Assembly: GCA_964035545.1 (NCBI GenBank)
Contig: OZ037768.1
Location: 19,885,700 to 19,949,699 of the forward strand
Direction: 5' to 3'
DNA: 64,000 nucleotides
Source: Bugula neritina
Lineage: Eukaryota > Animalia > Bryozoa
Shown in pieces: positions 55,101-64,000 of this stretch (the stretch's first letter is position 1; the number at the start of each line of letters is the position of its first letter). A program made the translations under genes and the position numbers. Below the pieces are notes generated by a model. That model saw only the letters and a program-made list of their open reading frames with translations. It had not been told where the DNA came from and did not search any database.

Positions 55101-56625
55101 AGAGCATATAGATGTTGTGATGTCATACTTCAGGTTCAACTTCTTCAACCGCAGCTTAGCAGTTGATCTGCCATTCTACGGAGCTAACCAAGTAGCTGTA
55201 ATCAATGCATCACCACTAGGTCTGTATGAAACTAAGAAGTAGTTGTTGAAAAATAATTTATTACCCAAATAAATTCATATAATAAGCACATTTAAATTTT
55301 TATTAGCATTTGCACTTAGAAACATGCTTATTGTATACAAAATTACATGATGTATGTACTGTAAAGAATTAAATGTTGTAAGTTATGATAATAATTGTAT
55401 TCCGTTATAAACAACATATTTAATCAAAGTTTAATTTTTATATTAATGATTTGCTAAGAGCTGCAGTAAGCAAAGTAAGCAAAGTATGTGCATAAGTTGA
55501 AACTATAACTTCAATTACAGCTAGATTGATGAGATGAAGAGTGCATGATTGTACAAAAATATTTTAGAAAGTATATAATATTGCCAAATGATAGCATACA
55601 TTTAATAACCTTTAGTAATTAGTATATATATTCATTTGTTGGCGTGGTTTGTTTGTTTTTGTAATTCTATTAAATCATTGCAGCTGCAACTTTTTGAACA
55701 GTTTAAACTTTAAAAGACTTTAAAAGGAATTTAGGCATTGAGAACTAATATTTTTTAAAAACGTTTAATGCGGTGCGAGAGGGTGCGTGAGGGCGCTCTG
55801 CCGCCCCTTCCCTCCCCCCCTGCACCATCCCAGGCAGCTCGCTTATCTACAGCAAGGTTTTTCCAGGAAAAATACTACAAAGATGATGTCAATTTGTTGC
55901 AGCTATTGGATTGCTCACTAATGAAGGGAATGTGCCAACGTGGAACCCTGCTTCCGATGTTGTGAAAGAGAAATGTGGCCAGACAGCTGACTACTGTAAA
56001 AGTGTTGGTGTAGAACTAGCAACCTTAGCTATAAGGTAAAGTATATGCAGTGTATAGCTGAAGATGTCTCTTAGAGTATTATTGTGCTTGTCTAGCTTTC
56101 AAGGAAGTGTGGTAGCTCATTCTAGTGAGAAACCGGTTAAGGCTATAGTCTTATGCAATATGCCAGTCATGTCATCATAGGCACATAGTTTTATGCTGAG
56201 TAAAAATAAAAATGTATCAATCAACACTATTCAAAACAAATTCAGCTTGATACAATAAATAGATAAAATGTAATGTCACTCAGTGTTGAAATGATTTTCA
56301 AGAGTTTTTCAAATGGTAAGTTAGCTGCTTTGTTTTCATAAAAAAAACATTAGGGTTTATAATTACACACCAAATGTTGAGTTGGTTAAATTGCTTCAAA
56401 CACTGCAATGATTTTAGAGATACAATGGAGGAGCCCAACGTCTCGATGGTGTTGTGGAGCACAAGGAAGGTGAAAAACATGAGAGTAAACCTGGCTGCCG
56501 CATTATTTCCTCTTGGTTCTAAAGAGCGCCGAGCAAAAGCAGAAGTAGCTAGCATGTTAGAAAACATTGAAGAAAGTAGTTGGGAAGAAAAAACTGCAAA
56601 GCATAAGGCATTTTTTCCTCTGTGA
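52131..56625 (+). CDS. Aldo-keto reductase, L-galactose dehydrogenase-like, about 416 aa, 7 coding exons, with an acidic N-terminal extension
   Basis: Exons 52131-52449, 52798-52927, 53333-53437, 54648-54841, 55058-55219, 55903-56035, 56418-56625 (1251 nt). Motifs: LGKSGIKASVVGVG, GVNFIDTAPYY, IATKVCRY, FDFSA, YIDVVQIHDVE, ETIPALLKLKEKGLIKAIGVTGY, VINASPLAIGLLT, P.WNPA. The D-Y-K-H catalytic tetrad is present. Confidence 0.92.
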
Positions 56626-57128
56626 AAAACTTTTTTATGCCAGTTGCTGATTCCACTTTTGTGGTCAATAGTCAACGGAATATTTGTTAGTAAATGAAGA
56701 TTTTGTCGACTGTTTGCATCACATAAACAACAAATATTTAATTGATTCTAGTTCTGTTTTCATTGAAACAAAATTTCAAGAATAGTTATGTTACTTAGAA
56801 ACATTTAGTTTTGTCTGCTACGTTTTCCAATTTTTTGGCTGTTTAAAAAACATTATCAAAAGTTATTTTACAAATAAAATTATACTCAAAATAATCCATT
56901 TATAGCATCTGTTTCAGGTGAAATACAAATTTTTCTGGAAATTTACATAATATAGTTATAAGTTAATGATAAGCAAAGACTTGAGATAATGCTTAATATA
57001 AATTGAAATATTCCAAATGCTGTATGATCTGCTGAAAAGTCATTTTTACTGTGCGTGTGTGTAGGCTACTGGTATAATATATTTGTGTATGTATATGTAT
57101 ATATAATTATATCTATTTATAAATTATA

Positions 57129-57163
57129 TGGTTAGATTCCTGGTGGGGGCAGTAATTTTTACA
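57129..57163 (+). mobile_element. Short fragment resembling the family-B tRNA-like element
   Basis: ggttagattcctggtgggggcagtaatttttaca vs ggttcgaatctcggtgggggcaattattttaca in the 17.5-kb copy. Confidence 0.4.
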
Positions 57164-60100
57164 GGTGCTTGATGAAACACTGGAAACGGTACTCAATTTT
57201 TTAAGATTTATGCAAAAAATGACTGATGGTATTTTTAACATCGTTGCATCATTATGCTACTTGCGAAATAGTGATGTACAGATCTCGATCAGCTGCTTCC
57301 GCATGCAAGTTGGTCTTTTGGGAATTCCAATTGCTATAATTTAACGATTTAACCGTTATTTTAGTGCGGGAGTCACTAGTTTCCCTTCGCAACTGCTAAT
57401 AAGTTTAACAACACAATTTCATTGACTTGAACTTATATCCATGCAAACAATATCCGCTCCCACGCGCGGGTACACCATACACATGTAGCAACACGATAAG
57501 TATTACTATCATATGGATATCAATATGTTTGCCCAAAATTTATACGATTATACCAAGAGCAAATTATCATTATAGCAAGTTAGCAGGTATAACTTTAAGT
57601 TAAAAGAACTGTACACGTTTTGCATTTTATTCCCATAGCTCTAACACAATAATAATAATAATAATATTATTATTATAAATATATTTCAATTTGTTAAAGG
57701 GCCAGTGCTTAGCCTTACGCTTTTAGCTTTATTTACGATTCTTTTTAAAGATCAAAATGATTATTGCAATAAGTATAACATCAAAGTGCAACAGCAACGA
57801 CTACAGCCACTAGTGATGCTAGCACTTGATCTCATACTTATAGTTACTACATCAACATGCGATATGACTGAAACTCAAGTCTTGGAGTTACTCAGTTTAT
57901 AGTGTTTAAGAATAAATAAGTTTAAAAGCACATGCTGATTATTATTATGATTAGGTTTATGATAATCCGATTATGATAATGATTATCATTATGATCACTC
58001 GATCATTATGAAACTCAAACTGTAAGTGAATACTGAGTGGTAACATTGTGATTGAACATTATCTTGTATTTAGAATTTAATTTGAGTATTTTTATTATTT
58101 AATCTATAATTTATAATATGAGTATTATTTACATAATCAAATGATGATGATAACGGATAGTGATAGTCATAGTGAGAAGGTTATGTGGAAGTAAATGGAT
58201 GGCGGCAATATTCGATAAGAGTCAACATGATGTCATGAGTATTATTGTTACTGTAAGTCTGTTAGTATTACTAGAGTTATGACTAATAAATATTAACCAA
58301 ATGTTATGAACAGTTGCGATTTTGCAAGTATGGCGACAAATGTTATGTTGTAGTAAATATTCTTTGAAGGCATCCTATTTTAGTTTTTTTTATAGTTTTT
58401 AAGCTGTTCCAAATGCAGTTTTTATTAGTTATATATAATAACAACAATAATTTTCAAAGTTAGGTTCAATGGTGTAACAAGTGAAGTAACTGACCATTCA
58501 AATTGAATAAAAAATAATTCAAATCAATTTGAATGAACCTGCCACTCTTTCATTAAGTATGTATCACGATTGCTCAATTATTAACCTACGTATATTTAAA
58601 CATTTGTACACGCTTGACAAAAATTTTACAAATGTATATAAACATTGGACATTTATTGAACTATTTAGGTAAAAGTTTTTGATGTGTAGCTTTGGTTTAT
58701 GTTGGTTAAAAACTAACATTTGAGTAAAATCTAAATTAAGGCTAACTGTGCAAAGTAGTTATTATTTATCATTTTCACATTATTGTTAGTAGCAACTACA
58801 TTTTCTACATTTTTATGTATTACTTATACTTTATCAGGTATTTTCTACTAAAATTTTATTATATCATCAAAATTTATCTGAATGCTCACCACAAATCGTG
58901 CTAAATGCTGACTTGAGTTTAATTTAAGACTTTAACTGCACATTTATCAAATCTATACTAACATGTCTGCTAATAATATAGAAAATGAAGTGAACCTATG
59001 CTTTTTGTATATTTATAGTGTGTATTTACTCTGTAAGTACTGGTAAGTGATAAATACACACTATAATTGCACATCTATTAAGTACTAATGGCACAGAGTG
59101 TTTTATATAAAAAAATATTAGACTGTGAAAAATGGTGACACCTAAAGTATTTTTTACAAACTCACAAATCAAAAGTTGGTTTTGCTCCAAAATGTAACCG
59201 AGTACACAAAAGGTGCCCATAAATTTTTACCAACATAAAACATCTTCAGATTCATATATACCTGCTTATACTATAAATATATTAACTGTAGGTAGTCAGT
59301 GTAAAATCTAACGCTGCTTGATTACAGGCTCACTGTAGGTTATTTTTGATTGAGTTTGCTCATTTATTCACTTGTATATCTCTAAAGATCTGAGATTTAA
59401 ACTTAAATTGACAAAACATTAAATACAGTTAATCGACAAAAGTAACTTTGCTATTGTCATCTAAGTTAACCATCTTTACTATGAATATTGAATATTATTG
59501 TCCCGCCACCCGCGCAGGACCACGGCGGTGAAAGGTGACCATTGAATATTGTTGTAGTCAATATTATTGATTATAGTGCACTCTTATGTTATTAAAATGC
59601 CAATTCAAACCAATATACTATTTTAAAAAAATCTTTATATTTTACACAAAATGGTGTGCTTGCAATTTTTGAATGCAAAAATAATACTGAAATAAAACAG
59701 CATAAAGATGATATTGATATCAGCGATGTGCACTAAATAAAGTGATTAACCAGCTTGTATGGGCATTTAGAAATATAATATTACAAAAATTATGCAGAAA
59801 AGCAAGTTTTTCAAAATTATTATCACTAAGTTTAATCTTGGAAAATACATTTTGGGAATAAGCTGTTGTCTTCCTATATTCTAATAGAAAAATTTGGCTC
59901 ATGTATCTTCACACATTTCTGAAAGTTACAAGCTTTCTACTTATTTATAAAAGCAGAATAGTTCCTCGAGTAGTCTTGAAACGTTTTGTTATAGCTTGTG
60001 GGAATTGAGTTCTTGCAACAATAGTTGAGTTCGTACATTCTGGTGTAAGCATCTTTTATTTTAAATACAACATATTTCTCATTCCATATTAAATTTATGT

Positions 60101-61023
60101 CCTTATAACTATATTACATGTTTTTAACAAAGAAATGGCCCCATGTTGCTCTATGATAAAGTTACTAGTCACTGAACTCTAATACTGTTTTAATTTCCTT
60201 TTTTGTATTAAAGAAAATTGCTTATTTAAGCTTTAAATGATTGTTTAGTATAAAATATGATGCAATATATCCAGCTCTCCAACTTGTTGCTTTTTTCAGT
60301 TAAACATTTCTTTTTCTCACATAACCGTGTTTGAGCTTGTTTGAGTTTTTAGTGAACTACATACAGACACACATTTAAATAGAATGGTTGCAGTTTCTAT
60401 TATCTCAAAGGTTTTAAAGAAATCGATTAACTTTTTTAAATTTATTTTACAAAGTGGAGCTAATATAATTTGAATTTTTATGTGTTGACATCACTGGTAT
60501 TTTTTTTTATTTTTTTTAATATTTTTGGTTTCGGTTGCCATGAAAATGACATCATCCTTTGTGAATAAAATGCAAGGTATTTGCAGCTGAGATATAATCT
60601 TTCTATTGTAGGTATTTTAGTTATTCAGGCCATTTGTAGTTGGCCTCGAATTTTTTCTGCTTTTTCATTCCATTGTTGAATCTCTAGATTGCTCTTATGC
60701 TCTCTGCGTTCTATTGCTGAACTTGCTAATAATTCTAGTGCTTTCCCTCCGTTCTATCTTTGAACTGTGGGATTATTCTTGTGATTTTGTCGTTCTATTG
60801 CTGAACTTCACCATCCTTCATTCTATTGCTCTTTCTCCGTTCTACTTTGAACTGAGAAACTGCCGTCGCTCTATCTCCGTTCTATATCTGAACCGTGAGA
60901 TAACTATTGTATTGCTTTCTACTCTCCAAGTATTTATACTTGCTCTAATTTCACTTGAATTTCAAGTGTATTAACTCGACTCCATCTATTCTCTCACCGA
61001 ACTACAACTCCATTTGCTCCACC

Positions 61024-63718
61024 ATGCAGCTCGAATTGCTTTTGGCATTCCTTGTAACTGTTGTTTTGTTTGGGTATGCAATTTTTACTACTACTATTAG
61101 TTAATTTGATTTATTGATTTTTTTTAGTTATTTGAAAATGTCTAAATAATTACTTTTATTATCAAGTGTAATTTTTATATTGTGACTTAGAAGATTATAT
61201 TTTTTGTGTTAATAGTTTTATTGTAATCATTTAAAAATATCATACATTGTCATATTTTTACAGTTTGACTCAACTCTCCACCTTGGATGGAGTTGAAATT
61301 GCTGGTAAGTGTTTAAATTCATGCAAAATAACATTCAACAGTATAAAAAATGTTCATGCGTAGTTGTTCAAGTTTCTTCCATGCAGACAGTTCATTATAT
61401 TGAGAGTCCATGCAGTCACTCTTCTATGGCATGCAGCAATCTTTTCTGTATTATTTTGTTTGTAGACGGTCCGTGTGTCTTCAGACCAGGGGAGGAATCG
61501 TTCCTCAACTACACGGACGGGGATCTCGGTGCCTCGGAGAGGTATCCGGGAGACAAGGTCCACTTGGCCTGCGACTCGCCAAGGTGGGCCTCTGAGTGCC
61601 GGCATTGCGACCCAACGGTCCAATGTCGGTACGAGATCAGCGGGCCAGGGCTTGTTCGCAAGCTCTGGTTGGTGAAGCCTGAGATCAAGCTTCACTGCCG
61701 CGGTGAGTTTCCACTGACAAAGCTCTCAGTACACTTGCTCTTGCAGTCTTGCATCAATGTGTCTGTGTGGTGTTTAATGCAGGATTGCAGAATGCTTTAT
61801 CTTGGCTTTCTTTTCTGCTTGCTGAATTCATGCCAACTTTTACATGCAGACGTTTCTTATCAGATCAAGTCTTTTCTAGCCATGGTCTTTGATAGCTCGT
61901 GGCTGGCATGCAAATGTTGTCTTTTTTAACAATCAGATTTGCTTTTAAAAGTTAATGTTTATTCGGTTGCTAAGAGACGATTATTCCCATTTTATTGTTG
62001 TGCACCATGCCTCTTTATGATGTCATCATATAAATAAATTGCTCTTTTTATATTGAAATATTTAATATCTTACTTATTTTGGAATGCAGCTAGCATTACC
62101 AGTACATCTAAATAATAAACAAGGGAATTACCAGTCCTTATTAAATGTACTGTGCTGTCACATGTGTTAGGCTATTCGATTTGTTTCATAATTATAAAAT
62201 AATTGTTTATATTTATGTATATTTTCAAAGCAAGACGTGTTGTTTATAAGCTAAAAATTGAAATGATTTAGCGAAAATTATGTTCACTTCTTTTATGAGA
62301 TCAAGTTGCCAGTAATATTACAGTGACATTTTTAAATTTTAAGAATAAATTCCTACAGCTGTTCAATTATTCAAGCTTCTCACACCGAAACTAATCATAT
62401 TTTTAGTGCAATAGTCTACAGGCTTTGGCAGCACATATTAAAAAAGGCTAGCTTCTAGTACTTAAACTTTAGTTTCATCAAAAATTTAAATTAAAAAATA
62501 AATTTTGTCAAATCCTTAAGAGCAATGAGGCATGCTGTGTAATAAGACCAAATTCTAAATTTGAAGGATTTTTTCTGTAGCTGTGAACAACACCTGTCTG
62601 TCATCCGATCTCAGGCTGTCCCAGCTGATCTCCTCCGCTAATGTCTCTATCCAACGGATACCCTCCTACTCCTACACTGGTTATGGCCTGCCTGCTTCCT
62701 GTGGAAAAGATAAGATTGGCGTTTCTCCTAATGGCACATACGTTCCGTATGAGGTGCTCTCTTGCATGTAAGTACCTATTAGTAACATATACAGCATGTA
62801 AATACCTGTTAGTAATATATACAGCATGTAAATACATATTACTAATATATACAGCATGTAAATACATATTACTAATATATACAGCATGTAAATACATATT
62901 ACTAATATATACAGCATGTAAATACCTATTAGTAATATATACAGCATGTAAATACCTATTAGTAATATATACAGCATGTAAATACATATTAAAAATATAT
63001 ACAGCATGTAAATACATATTAGTAATATATACAGCATGTAAATACTTGTTAGGAATATATATATAGCATGTAAATACCTATTAGTAATATATACAGCTTG
63101 TAAATGCATATTAGTAATATATAAAGCATGTAAGTACCTATTAGTAATATATAAAGCATGTAAGTACCTATTAGTAATATATACAGCATGTAAATACCTA
63201 TTAGTAATATATACAGCATGTAAATACCTATTCCTAATATACACAGCATGTAAATACCTGTTAGGAATATATAAAGCATGTAAGTACCTATTAGTAATAT
63301 ATAGCATGTTTAAAGATTCGCATTCAGTTTCTAGACTGTAGTTTGAGTTGAAATGATTTCCTGTACAAGACATGGTAGTCGAGTTCATCTCTTGCCATCT
63401 ATACAACTTGCTTACTAGTTTTATACCATTTATGTAGGCCTTCCACAACTAGCTGGGAGCGAAGTGATGCTGCCAATTCCATCAATGAGTGCATTGCCAT
63501 TGACTCAGCCAATAGGAACCTGGCTCTCATGAGGCCCACCACTCAGAGCTCCACTTCCACAGGAAATGCCAACGTAGCTGTTGACGGTGTGACTAACTTC
63601 ACTTCAGGTGGAGACGTCTATACCTCAACCCTCTCCGCACCAAACCAGTGGTGGCGAGTAGATCTCGGCCTAATTGTTGGACTTACAGATATCATTCTGG
63701 TTTTCCCCAACAATGAAG
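61024..63718 (+). CDS. 5' part of a secreted/cell-surface protein: signal peptide, two Sushi/CCP-like modules, then an F-type lectin (FTP / F5-8 type C fold) domain; continues beyond the window
   Basis: Exons 61024-61073, 61264-61304, 61466-61702, 62581-62767, 63438-63718, phase-consistent. Signal peptide MQLELLLAFLVTVVLFG; Cys/Trp spacing of CCP-like modules; NLALMRPTTQSST...ANVAVDG...QWWRVDLG is typical of F-type lectin domains. Confidence 0.85.
62764..63308 (+). repeat. 30-bp minisatellite (GCATGTAAATACCTATTAGTAATATATACA, about 18 copies) starting at an exon/intron junction
   Basis: The first unit is the real donor GCAT|GTAAGT; accounts for the spurious ORFs at 62601-63448. Confidence 0.95.
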
Positions 63719-64000
63719 GTAAGACAACTTCCCTCAACACTATTAGCTAATATTTGCCTAGAGCCATTGGCGAGGGTGCTGTAGTTATCTATGGTGCTGA
63801 AAAACTAAAGTAAGCTTTATTTGTCAGTTATAGATGCAACATTATTAAATATGCTGTCACCAAGTTGTATTAATCATGTATACAATATAAAATATTGCCT
63901 ATTACGTTGTTTTGTTATCAAACTTACATTAAAGATATGGTATTGGTGTGCAAAGTCTTGGTAAACATCAGTTAAATCTAAAAAATGTTATGGAAAGCTA

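Noticed and set aside
60534-60547. RFX X-box-like GTTGCCATGAAAAT
   Set aside because: Imperfect second half-site and no independent support. No convincing X-box was found upstream of the MTBD-like genes either, so a ciliary role is not supported by promoter motifs.
60700-60900. CRISPR-like repeat-spacer array
   Set aside because: Eukaryotic context, short degenerate repeats, spacers related to one another, no cas genes.
62601-63448. ORFs with YLHAVYITNR / YTACKYLLVI repeats
   Set aside because: Frames of the 30-bp intronic minisatellite.

Overview
AT-rich, intron-rich eukaryotic (animal, probably invertebrate) genomic DNA. I see no prokaryotic features or CRISPR. Most ORF-track entries are noise or microsatellite frames; the gene models below were spliced by hand from GT-AG sites, and phases are consistent throughout. 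Genes: (1) possible 5' end of a minus-strand gene running off the left edge; (2) a 5-exon minus-strand gene (6967-11718) encoding a 136-aa protein that is almost entirely a stand-alone domain resembling the dynein heavy-chain microtubule-binding domain (MTBD); (3) a 19-exon minus-strand gene (13794-27875, 1001 aa) with an N-terminal MGCGAS dual-acylation motif, a catalytically degenerate Hillarin/KY-type transglutaminase-like domain, beta-rich repeats, an acidic linker, helical repeats and a C-terminal MTBD-like domain that shares two intron positions with gene 2; (4) PSME3/PA28-gamma (32095-36174); (5) a 12-exon uncharacterised gene (37649-45472); (6) an L-galactose-dehydrogenase-like aldo-keto reductase (52131-56625); (7) the 5' part of a secreted or surface Sushi-like + F-type-lectin-domain gene (61024 to beyond the window). 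Non-coding features include two tRNA-derived SINE-like families, foldback/MITE-like elements, very long (CA)n tracts and intronic minisatellites that amplify splice-donor sites. Top candidate for an undescribed system: a tandem pair of motor-less dynein-MTBD-like proteins, one possibly a lipid-anchored membrane-microtubule linker and one a free mini-MTBD. All homology calls are by eye from remembered family sequences and need HMM or structure confirmation.
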